Shown piece by piece: positions 30,278 to 38,493 of a stretch of 64,000 bases of DNA (its first letter is position 1; every line of letters starts with the position of its first letter). The DNA lies in the NCBI GenBank assembly GCA_965230895.1, contig OZ246394.1, forward strand, positions 441,316-505,315. Reading direction: 5' to 3'. The stretch comes from an uncultured Gammaproteobacteria bacterium. Its GTDB lineage: Bacteria > Patescibacteriota > Microgenomatia > Levybacterales > UBA12049. Both the position numbers and the translations under genes were made by a program. The notes below the pieces were generated by a model. The model was given only the letters and a program-made list of their open reading frames with translations. It was not told the DNA's origin and searched no databases.

Positions 30278-30541
30278 ATGCATTATTACGTCTATATTCT
30301 TTTGAGTTTGATGGATAACAAGTTTTACACTGGTTATACAACTAATTTAAAACATAGATTAGCTGCTCATAAAAGAGGTGAAGTTTTATCAACAAAAGCA
30401 AGACGTCCCTTAAAACTCATTCACTATGAATATTTTGTAAATGAGCAGGATGCAAGAGCTAGAGAAGTATTTTTAAAAAGCGGATTTGGTAGAACTGAGT
30501 TAAAAAAAGCTCTTAAAAATACATTACAAAGTAACTTATGA
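30278..30541 (+). CDS. Small GIY-YIG nuclease
   Basis: YVYILLS...FYTGYT..L..RL..H; RE.FLKSG.GR; start ATG 30278. Confidence 0.9.
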   Translation: MHYYVYILLSLMDNKFYTGYTTNLKHRLAAHKRGEVLSTKARRPLKLIHYEYFVNEQDARAREVFLKSGFGRTELKKALKNTLQSNL

Positions 30542-31125
30542 ATAGCACTACAAACTTTGAAAAGCATACAAATCAAAATCCGATAAGTCGATTCTTTCTC
30601 GACAACTTCACCAAAGTCCTTATTGAAACGATTAAACCTTTGAAACCTGCGTCAATTCTTGATGTCGGAGCAGGTGAAGGATTTACTTTAGAAAAACTTC
30701 GCCAAAACAAAATTGGCAAAAAGCTTGAAGGAATTGAGTATATGGATGAAGCAATTGAATTAGGCAAAAAAACAAACCCTAAAGTAAAAATTAAAAAAGG
30801 TGACATTTACAAACTTCCTTACAAAGCGAATTCTTTCGAAGTGCTTATCTGCACTGAAGTGCTCGAACACCTTGAAGATCCAAAAGCTGCACTTGCTGAG
30901 TTAAAAAGAGTTGCGAGTAAATACGTCATTATTTCAGTACCAAATGAACCACTTTTTACAATCCAACGATTCTTCAGGGGGAAAAATATCATGAAGCTTG
31001 GAGATCACCCCGAACATATTCAACACTGGAATTCAAATTCATTCAGAACTTTTGTAGCCGATCAATTGACAGTAAAAGAAGTCAAAACCCCTCTCCCATG
31101 GACCATGGTCACCGCCAAGAAATAA
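30538..31125 (+). CDS. Class I SAM-dependent methyltransferase
   Basis: ILDVGAGEG, EVLEHL, SVP.EP. Confidence 0.9.
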   Translation: MNSTTNFEKHTNQNPISRFFLDNFTKVLIETIKPLKPASILDVGAGEGFTLEKLRQNKIGKKLEGIEYMDEAIELGKKTNPKVKIKKGDIYKLPYKANSFEVLICTEVLEHLEDPKAALAELKRVASKYVIISVPNEPLFTIQRFFRGKNIMKLGDHPEHIQHWNSNSFRTFVADQLTVKEVKTPLPWTMVTAKK

Positions 31126-31141
31126 AAGTACAAGAAGAAAC

Positions 31142-32131
31142 TTACTCCCACTCAGCAATTGCTTTATAAATCACAATACAAAATGAAATAAATGGTATCG
31201 CCAGCAATGCACCGATAACACCCAATAAATTAGCTCCGATGGAAACACCGATAATGACAATGACAGGATTGAGTCCAACAGCTCGCTCCATGATCTTTGG
31301 AACAAGAAGCTGATTTTCAAGCATTTGGATAAGGATATATGTTGCAGCAACAACGACAGCCATTGTTGGAGAAATCGTCAATGCCACAATCACTGCTGGT
31401 ATTGCGGCAAGTGTCGGTCCAAGCGTTGGGACAACTTCAAGCATTGCCGCCAAAAGCGCAAGCGGTAAGGCAAATGGAATTCCTAGGAGTGTAAGTGCAA
31501 CCCATGTGATGACGCCAATAAACAAACTTAAAATCGCCTGTCCTTGCAACCATGCACCGAGCTTTTCATTGACTAGACCAACGATTTTCATCACTTTATT
31601 ATGATGTTGGCGATCAAAAAGACGTGCAATAAACTTCTTAAATTGGTCATGATAAAGAAGCAGATATAAGCTGACAATAAAGATTGTTACGATAGTAAAT
31701 ACACCACCAAATACTCTTGTCGTTACTTCAAATGCACTACTTGATGCAGCACTCAATTGGCCATTGAGATACCCTTGTAGTTGCTTCGGATCAATGCTAA
31801 CGCCAAAAGTAGCTGCAGACCGATCAAGATATTTTGGAAAACCTTCAATGAGAGATTCAATTTGTGAGATAACAAATGGAACAAGTGGGAAAATGAGGAG
31901 CACGAGAAACAGAATAACTGTAAAATATGGAATAATAACTGACAGCACTTTAGGAACTCTCTTTCTGCGTAAGAATTCGACAATTGGAAGCATTGAAGCC
32001 ATGATAATGTATGAAAGAAAAAGCGTTACGAGAATATCGCGTATTTGAAAAACAAACCAACCAAAGAAGAGGATAAAGAGTGCAAAAAGAACCTGATTTT
32101 TAAGAAGGAATCCAAATAATCGTTGTAACAT
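31142..32131 (-). CDS. AI-2E family transporter
   Basis: WLQGQ, E.VP.LGP, Q.LEN..L.PKIM, L.PV motifs. Confidence 0.9.
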   Translation of the reverse strand: MLQRLFGFLLKNQVLFALFILFFGWFVFQIRDILVTLFLSYIIMASMLPIVEFLRRKRVPKVLSVIIPYFTVILFLVLLIFPLVPFVISQIESLIEGFPKYLDRSAATFGVSIDPKQLQGYLNGQLSAASSSAFEVTTRVFGGVFTIVTIFIVSLYLLLYHDQFKKFIARLFDRQHHNKVMKIVGLVNEKLGAWLQGQAILSLFIGVITWVALTLLGIPFALPLALLAAMLEVVPTLGPTLAAIPAVIVALTISPTMAVVVAATYILIQMLENQLLVPKIMERAVGLNPVIVIIGVSIGANLLGVIGALLAIPFISFCIVIYKAIAEWE

Positions 32132-32208
32132 AGCCTGACTTCACTATATGGAATTGCAAAAGTTTTGTCAATGTAACGATGAGATACTATGTAGGACAGA
32201 TAATAACT

Positions 32209-33486
32209 TTATCTATCTAGCCATTCTGCTTTCAACAGATGGAAGCTTCCTTCACCAATCGCCTCTCGAATTCTTGTCATTAATGACGTAATGAAGAACA
32301 GATTGTGATGAGTTGCCAATTGGAAGGCAAGTAATTCATTGCCGACAAAAAGATGATGGAGATATGCTCGTGTAAAATTCTGGCAGACATAGCATGAACA
32401 GCCAGGATCGATTGGATCTGCGTCGGTTTGGAATTTTTTGTTGGTGACATGAAAGACGAAATTGTTTTGCTTTCTCCCGCCATTTTTTGGACTAATAAAT
32501 AAACTTCCATGCCGTGCTCTTCTCGTTGGGGCTACACAATCAAAGAAATCCATACCGCGTGATACTGATTCGAAAACATCCTCTATTTCTCCGATACCAA
32601 GTAAATGCCGTGGTTTTTCTTCATCAAAGAATGGTACACATTCTGAAACTGTTTGGAATAACACTTCTTTTGAAGTGTACGCTCCACCGATTGAAACTGC
32701 ACCGAAATATTTATCAGTAAATTGTGCAGAAAACTTTCGTAATTCATCAAACCTTCCACCATGAACGATTCCATACATCAATTGATCTTTTCGTTTGTGT
32801 GCATCAATACTTCGTATTGCCCAACGACTCGTTCGTTCAAGTGAAAGTTTGGTCGTTTCATAATCCCACAGTGGAGATTCGTGATCATCAAATGCGACGA
32901 TGAGGTCGGCACCTAATTTCTCTTGAATTTCAATTGATTTTTCAGCATCAAACCAACGTTTCTCCCCGTTTAAATGGGAGTAAAACCAAACTCCTTCATC
33001 ATTTACTAAAGCAGTTTTAAGCTGATTCTTTTTCTTATCTTCAGTCGTTTTTGTAACAGCTGGAAGAACAGGCAAGCCTTCAACAGGATCAAGGAAAACT
33101 GATTTACTGAATTTATTTAACTTTTTCCCTGATTGGTCGCGAATCACAACTTTTTTCCGAGCAACCCCAAGTGAGAAAACCTGATATCCTCCACTGTCAG
33201 TCATTGTCGGTCCATCCCATCCCATGAACTTACCAAGCCCCCCCATTTTCTGGACAATATCTTCGCCAGGACGAAGATGCAAATGATAGGTATTCGATAA
33301 TACAATTTGCGCTCCCATTTCCTTAAGAGCATGTGGCGTCATCCCTTTAACACTTGCCAACGTCCCAACTGGGACAAATGTTGGCGTCAGGATTTCTCCG
33401 TGAGGAGTTTTAAGCTTTCCCAATCGGGCATTTGTTTGCTTATCTTTTTGAAGAATAGTGAATTTAAACGGTGAATTCGTGCTCAT
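32209..33486 (-). CDS. tgt: tRNA-guanine transglycosylase
   Basis: TP.F.PVGT, NTYHL, DSGGYQVFS, HLLGIG, DFFDCV, Zn site CSCYVC..H; start ATG 33486. Confidence 0.95.
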   Translation of the reverse strand: MSTNSPFKFTILQKDKQTNARLGKLKTPHGEILTPTFVPVGTLASVKGMTPHALKEMGAQIVLSNTYHLHLRPGEDIVQKMGGLGKFMGWDGPTMTDSGGYQVFSLGVARKKVVIRDQSGKKLNKFSKSVFLDPVEGLPVLPAVTKTTEDKKKNQLKTALVNDEGVWFYSHLNGEKRWFDAEKSIEIQEKLGADLIVAFDDHESPLWDYETTKLSLERTSRWAIRSIDAHKRKDQLMYGIVHGGRFDELRKFSAQFTDKYFGAVSIGGAYTSKEVLFQTVSECVPFFDEEKPRHLLGIGEIEDVFESVSRGMDFFDCVAPTRRARHGSLFISPKNGGRKQNNFVFHVTNKKFQTDADPIDPGCSCYVCQNFTRAYLHHLFVGNELLAFQLATHHNLFFITSLMTRIREAIGEGSFHLLKAEWLDR

Positions 33487-33556
33487 TTGAATGAAAATTA
33501 AGTATACCATATATACCCATTGTGGATGTGTTGCTTCTCTATTATAATTAGCTACT

Positions 33557-34255
33557 ATGCAGGCCAAAAAATTAACCGTTCAATTTCGATATCTTGATTT
33601 CATCACAGCTATTTTCGTAGCTGTCCTCATCATTTCCAATGTTGCGTCTTCCAAGATTACTTCGTTTGGTCCTTTTACGCTTGACGCAGGAACAATCCTT
33701 TTCCCATTAACGTATATCTTTGGTGATATTTTGACGGAAGTATATGGATATGGCCGTGCACGACGGGTTATCTGGATGGGACTTTTGTGTAACATTCTTA
33801 TGGCAGCTGTCTTTATGATTGTTGCGGTGCTGCCTCCGTCACCTGATTGGCCAAACCAGAGTGCTTATGAAGCGATCCTTGGACTTACACCACGAATTGT
33901 CTTCGCAAGTGTTACAGCATATTTCGTGGGAGAATTCGTCAATTCATTTATTCTGGCTAAGCTTAAAGTAGCAACCAAAGGAAAAAAGCTTTGGATGAGA
34001 ACAATTGGTTCAACTCTTTTTGGACAACTTTTTGACACTGCAATTTTTATCGTTGTTGCCTTCTGGGGTGTCATGCCGATGGAAGTTCTTATTGCATTAT
34101 TTGTTTCAAATTACATATTTAAAGTTGCCGTAGAAATACTCTTTACACCAATTACCTATGCTGCGGCAAATAAGCTGAAAAAAGCTGAAGGTGAAGATTA
34201 TTTTGATACAAAGACTAACTTTAATCCTTTTGCTCTCCGCGCTGAAGAGAAATAA
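33557..34255 (+). CDS. yhhQ: Queuosine precursor transporter (YhhQ/Vut_1)
   Basis: SN...K, FPLTYIFGDILTEVYG, RIV.AS..AY, R..GST..GQ..DT; divergent from tgt. Confidence 0.9.
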   Translation: MQAKKLTVQFRYLDFITAIFVAVLIISNVASSKITSFGPFTLDAGTILFPLTYIFGDILTEVYGYGRARRVIWMGLLCNILMAAVFMIVAVLPPSPDWPNQSAYEAILGLTPRIVFASVTAYFVGEFVNSFILAKLKVATKGKKLWMRTIGSTLFGQLFDTAIFIVVAFWGVMPMEVLIALFVSNYIFKVAVEILFTPITYAAANKLKKAEGEDYFDTKTNFNPFALRAEEK

Positions 34256-34302
34256 TTTGAATTCAATCTACCCACATGGTAAAATTGCATATAGTTCTAA
34301 CC

Positions 34303-34375
34303 GCTCCCGTAGCTCAATGGATAGAGCACATCGGTTCTAACGATTAGGTTGGGGGTTCGAGTCCCTCCGGGAGTA
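34303..34375 (+). tRNA. tRNA-Arg(TCT), island integration target
   Basis: GCTCCCG/CGGGAGT acceptor; anticodon loop GTTCTAA; TTCGA T-loop; 3' end recurs at 48557-48566. Confidence 0.9.
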
Positions 34376-35875
34376 CTTATCGATATTTTTACTTTCAATT
34401 TGCTCCTTTAGGTTGTAAATAAAACCTAAATGAGGTGTTTGATAACTTCCATTTACAAAGATAAGTTTTTGCGGGAATATCGAACTCTGTATAGCATGTT
34501 TGCCTTCAATACTTGCTTTAGACCATACTTCATCCAAATGGGTAAGGTAGTAATGCATCCAATGCAAAAGTGTATCAATGTCTATCTGATCCATTTGCTT
34601 CTCATTGCTCAAACCTTTTTTTACAGAAAGATCCAAAGATAATTCATCCTTCATTTGCAAGTATTCTTCATCTGTATAAATACCTTTCAAATGCTTCATT
34701 TTCAGTGTATGTAAGATCTCTTCTGTTTGTTTGATATCCGCATTTACTTTATCGGAAGATTTGGAAAGCTCGGATAATTGTAATTCGTACTTTTCTTTAA
34801 GCATTTCCGTAAATATCTGCATTGGTTTATCTTTTACACAAATGTCTTTCAACAATTGAATAAATGCGTCGTCAGCTTTTTGTACAGGAACGCTGAAAGC
34901 TTTATGTTTCCTGCTACCACACACATAATAATTATATTTTTTCCCACTTTTTGATCTGCTTGGTGCACCTGTAAGACGTGACATACAAATTGCACAAAGC
35001 AATATACCTCTCAATGGGAAATCATCTCGGATATCACGCCGTACTGTATCTTTAACTTGCTTTCTTCCAGTTATTTGTTCACGCACACGGTAAAACAATT
35101 CTTCATCAATCATCGCTAGATGTTTTCCTTTTGCTTCACCATGCACTTTAGAAGTGATAATGCCCATGTAGTATTTGTTGGAAAAGATTTTTGAAACACT
35201 TTGTTTTATGAAAGGTTTATCATGTATTTGTAATTTATCGAGTTCTTTGCATGCCATACCAAGTGTAAGTTTTTCCTTATCAATTCGCTGCCATAAGTTT
35301 TTCAATTTAAAAAAAACTTTTTCATCGGGAATACCACAGCTTTTACCATTTACAATTCCTTTTTTATATCCAAGAGGGGGATAACTGTTTGTGTAGCCGT
35401 CCGTAAATCTTCGTTTCATTCCATCTTTGACACGAGCACTTTTAATATCGTTTTCGTATTGGCTTGCTGCACCAAGGATATTTTGCATGAATATTGCTTC
35501 AGCTGTCTCACCATTAGTTTCCGTTGCACTGATTAAAGAAACTCCGAATTTTGATAAATCACGCCGGATCAATAAGAAGTCCAACTGGTTACGACAAAGT
35601 CTATCCCATTTATAAATGGGAACAGCTGAAATATTATTATTTTTATCCGTACAGTATTTTAATAATTTTTGCAGTTCTGGACGATCCGTTGTTTTAGCAC
35701 TCTCTCCTTTCTCAATGAAATCATGCTTTATAACATATCCTTCTTTGTCAGCTTTTTTATGAATAATATCTTTTTGGCTATCAAGAGAGAAGTTGTCAGT
35801 TTGCAGCGATGTTGATACTCTTTCGTACCCAACAGCATACTTTATAATCATATCTTTATTGCTAGTTTTTATCAT
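34337..35875 (-). CDS. Large serine recombinase (resolvase + recombinase + Zn-ribbon/coiled-coil domains)
   Basis: YERVST catalytic Ser, DRL.R, PPLGY, H..MID, CAIC...YYVC; 3' end runs antisense into the tRNA. Confidence 0.95.
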   Translation of the reverse strand: MIKTSNKDMIIKYAVGYERVSTSLQTDNFSLDSQKDIIHKKADKEGYVIKHDFIEKGESAKTTDRPELQKLLKYCTDKNNNISAVPIYKWDRLCRNQLDFLLIRRDLSKFGVSLISATETNGETAEAIFMQNILGAASQYENDIKSARVKDGMKRRFTDGYTNSYPPLGYKKGIVNGKSCGIPDEKVFFKLKNLWQRIDKEKLTLGMACKELDKLQIHDKPFIKQSVSKIFSNKYYMGIITSKVHGEAKGKHLAMIDEELFYRVREQITGRKQVKDTVRRDIRDDFPLRGILLCAICMSRLTGAPSRSKSGKKYNYYVCGSRKHKAFSVPVQKADDAFIQLLKDICVKDKPMQIFTEMLKEKYELQLSELSKSSDKVNADIKQTEEILHTLKMKHLKGIYTDEEYLQMKDELSLDLSVKKGLSNEKQMDQIDIDTLLHWMHYYLTHLDEVWSKASIEGKHAIQSSIFPQKLIFVNGSYQTPHLGFIYNLKEQIESKNIDKYSRRDSNPQPNR

Positions 35876-36044
35876 TATCTATTCCGTTCGTCAATGCATT
35901 TTCTTTTCTCGCAACTTTCAGAATTTCATCACATATATTCCCAAATAATGTAAGTTGTTTAGCAAGCACTTCATCAGTTATTCCATTGGCATCTTCTCCT
36001 AATATCTCTCGGGCACGCTTTATTGTCATTTTTTGCCTTTCCAA
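35862..36044 (-). CDS. Small hypothetical protein just upstream of the recombinase
   Basis: 60 aa; overlaps both neighbours, suggesting translational coupling. Confidence 0.6.
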   Translation of the reverse strand: MERQKMTIKRAREILGEDANGITDEVLAKQLTLFGNICDEILKVARKENALTNGIDNDKN

Positions 36045-36244
36045 CTTGCATCTTGTGTAACCAGTTTGTTAAAGTATGCCGCTTTATTTATGATGTGGTT
36101 TGCGTCTATTACTAATGCAACTAGCTTTTCGCACTTGTACAGACCAAGGTCACTGACAGCTTTGTAATAAAAAGCTATGCCTTTCAAATCATTAAATCTT
36201 TTTGCGATATTTTCGGCATGGTAAAGTGTTTCGGGATTATTCAC
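36026..36244 (-). CDS. Small hypothetical protein (replication-associated helical domain-like)
   Basis: 72 aa ending NKAAYFNKLV; overlaps neighbours. Confidence 0.55.
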   Translation of the reverse strand: MNNPETLYHAENIAKRFNDLKGIAFYYKAVSDLGLYKCEKLVALVIDANHIINKAAYFNKLVTQDASWKGKK

Positions 36245-36830
36245 GACATTCGTTTTCCTCTCTTTCCTGTCTTTTTAAAGTTTCACTTTGTTCACGTAAT
36301 AGTTTTCGTCGCTCTTCTTCAGCGCTTAGTGTATTTTGTATTCCATAACCGTTTAGTAAAATTTTCGCCCGTTCATCCTGAAATTTTTCCATCGATAATC
36401 GAGTCTTATCATTGTTATCCTTATTATCATTATTGTTAGTCGTTATCTGTTCGTTATCCGATCGTTGCGTGGTCGATAGTTTGGTCGTTTCATCTTGAGC
36501 ATTAATGTTGAAAATGCTTGTATCTACAATCTTTGCGATAGTTCCCTTGTTCGTTGTTCTGATCGTTATCAGACCGTTTTTTTCAAGAAAAATCTTATCT
36601 GTTCGATAAATCATTTCAGTTGCACCATATGCTTCGTAATCTCCTATTAGTGCTTCACCAATATCTAATCCATCAAAAAGATCTTCAGAATGCCATCTTG
36701 CTCTAGTAGCAATTAATGTTAGTAAGCAGAATGCAGATTTTCTCTCTTTCAAAATCGACTCAAGCCTTTTTCCACGTTGTAACATTACGAAATTTACGTT
36801 TTTCTTCTCGTTATTATTTTCGTTCTCCAT
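36237..36830 (-). CDS. Putative phage/plasmid-type replication initiator (wHTH N-terminus)
   Basis: FVML.R, LL..IA..A, L.K.G.I...TTNKGT..., then a T/N-rich linker (TTNNNDNK) typical of phage replisome organisers. Confidence 0.55.
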   Translation of the reverse strand: MENENNNEKKNVNFVMLQRGKRLESILKERKSAFCLLTLIATRARWHSEDLFDGLDIGEALIGDYEAYGATEMIYRTDKIFLEKNGLITIRTTNKGTIAKIVDTSIFNINAQDETTKLSTTQRSDNEQITTNNNDNKDNNDKTRLSMEKFQDERAKILLNGYGIQNTLSAEEERRKLLREQSETLKRQEREENECRE

Positions 36831-36999
36831 AGTTCTGTCTTTCTATCTCAACAGGTACAAATATGTATCCTTTACCCTCGCAGCCATGACAAATTCTACT
36901 TCCATGTTTCAGTGTTCCAAATCCGTGGCACACTGGACACATCTGAGCATAATATTTGGGATTTATTTCTTTAACTTTTATTTCGGGTGATTTTTCCAT
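36814..36999 (-). CDS. Small Zn-finger protein (DnaJ-like CxxCxGxG repeats)
   Basis: CPVCHGFG...CHGCEGKG. Confidence 0.65.
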   Translation of the reverse strand: MEKSPEIKVKEINPKYYAQMCPVCHGFGTLKHGSRICHGCEGKGYIFVPVEIERQNYGERK

Positions 37000-37012
37000 C
37001 TATCTTTCTCAC

Positions 37013-37120
37013 AAAAAAAGCAACCATGAAAGGTTGCTTCTGTATGAAAAAAGCTCAAGCAGAAATACTTTCCTTTCAGGCAAAAATTGCCAAAAACGGT
37101 TAAGTAATTCCTACTTGAGC
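37013..37120 (-). terminator. Two tandem terminator-like hairpins in the leader of the replication/recombinase operon
   Basis: aagcaacc/ggttgctt and gctcaag/cttgagc stems, each followed by a T-run on the minus strand. Confidence 0.55.
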
Positions 37121-37342
37121 CTTCCCTGAACTCGAATGGATTACATGTATGACTGTTACTATCCTACTTAAAGATAGCTCTTGATCAATGGCATGTAACG
37201 ACCCATTGTCGTTGTTCGCGGTCTCCTCGAAGTTGAACAGTACCGAAAATCTTTTGTTAACAATAAATTATCATGTATTTTGAAACTTTGCAACTTTAAT
37301 CTTATTCCTTTTTACGCCCCTGTTATGTACACTGTATATAGC

Positions 37343-37371
37343 TTGCAAAATATGCAATTTTATCCTATAAT
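37343..37371 (+). promoter_or_regulatory. sigma70 promoter
   Basis: TTGCAA-17 bp-TATAAT. Confidence 0.7.
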
Positions 37372-37390
37372 ATAGGTATCATTTTAAGAT

Positions 37391-37557
37391 TTGCCTAACC
37401 CTATTGGTTCGCCGATAGGCATGGCAAGAAAACCGTTGAAAGTAGTAAGCTCGTCGTCGAGTTCTTTCAACGGTCATATGGGGAAACTCATATGGGGAGA
37501 AATCCCGCTGGCGGCGAGCTTTTTGTATGGCTTCATTTTGTCCTCAAAAAGATCGTC
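37391..37557 (+). ncRNA. Putative structured RNA / long 5' leader (five hairpins)
   Basis: Consecutive stems with UUCG and two GAAA loops; G-U pairs favour the + strand. Confidence 0.55.
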
Positions 37558-37577
37558 CCATTTAGGAGGTGATACTT

Positions 37578-37772
37578 ATGTTAACAATGTTAATTATAAT
37601 GTTTATTGTTGCCGTTGGAATTGATCAAATGATGCACAATTACAGAGTACAAAAGCATAATGAGCAAGCCGAAATATACTGGCAAGATTATTTAGCAAAT
37701 AAAGAGCAAAGAGATGCACTAGATAGAAGTATGGGTGTTCCTACTTTGGAGGAAAGAGTACGGAAAAGTTAA
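37578..37772 (+). CDS. Small protein with N-terminal hydrophobic helix
   Basis: AGGAGGTG RBS; 64 aa, MLTMLIIMFIVAVGI... Confidence 0.65.
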   Translation: MLTMLIIMFIVAVGIDQMMHNYRVQKHNEQAEIYWQDYLANKEQRDALDRSMGVPTLEERVRKS

Positions 37773-38228
37773 TTACTTCCAATCTTTTTCTGTTTCGTAT
37801 CCAATTTGTAGCTTTGGTATATTTGACCATTTCTTATTTTTGGAAGCATTTGAATACCATGCAGGGTAATCCTTTATTTTGTAATAGCCTTGAGCTGTGC
37901 CGTTTGGTGAAGGTATGCTGTACCATGCTTGTGAATCCTGCTCATAATCCATACGAGCAAGTGTCTTCAGTATTTCGGATTTTAAGATCGGTTTAAGTCG
38001 CTCATAGAACTTATAGACCTGTCTTGTTGGGATACCAGTAAGATTTGCTATTTCCCATGCCGTGAAACCAAAATCACGACGTAGACGGTATATCATAAAT
38101 GCCAAATGCAGATGTTGATCAGACTTGAAGAGTTTATGACCAACAATAGTCATACGGTTTGTAAGAACTCTACTGTATACTTTCTTCCTTTTGTTTTCTT
38201 CTTTCAGTTTTGCCAACTCTTTTTTCAT
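37773..38228 (-). CDS. HTH-containing hypothetical protein
   Basis: FTAWEIANLTGIPTRQVYK helix-turn-helix pattern. Confidence 0.55.
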   Translation of the reverse strand: MKKELAKLKEENKRKKVYSRVLTNRMTIVGHKLFKSDQHLHLAFMIYRLRRDFGFTAWEIANLTGIPTRQVYKFYERLKPILKSEILKTLARMDYEQDSQAWYSIPSPNGTAQGYYKIKDYPAWYSNASKNKKWSNIPKLQIGYETEKDWK

Positions 38229-38493
38229 AATTCACTGGGGGACAACTCGGATTATATACAAGCCACTATACCTCTCTCCGAATTTTGGGTAAAATACTTT
38301 TTCTGCTATTCATTTTACAAAATTTTTGCAAGGGAACAATAAAGAAAATATATAATTACAGAATAAATATACTGTATTTGAAGCCTCTAATACTGAAACT
38401 CTCCCATTTATGCTAAGAATGCTGCTTCATAATTGCTGTCGATACTTTTAATAATGTTTTTCATTTCTTCAGTAATTACTTTTTTGTTCATAT

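Noticed and set aside
33487-33556. preQ1 riboswitch ahead of yhhQ or tgt
   Set aside because: Only 70 bp, occupied by two -10 boxes; no preQ1 aptamer consensus or A-rich tail.
34294-34341. gttctaac duplicated before the tRNA and in its anticodon arm
   Set aside because: An 8-bp match, expected by chance; no further structure.
37391-37624. 77-aa ORF across the structured region
   Set aside because: TTG start without SD and no protein-like pattern; dense base-pairing explains the sequence better as RNA.
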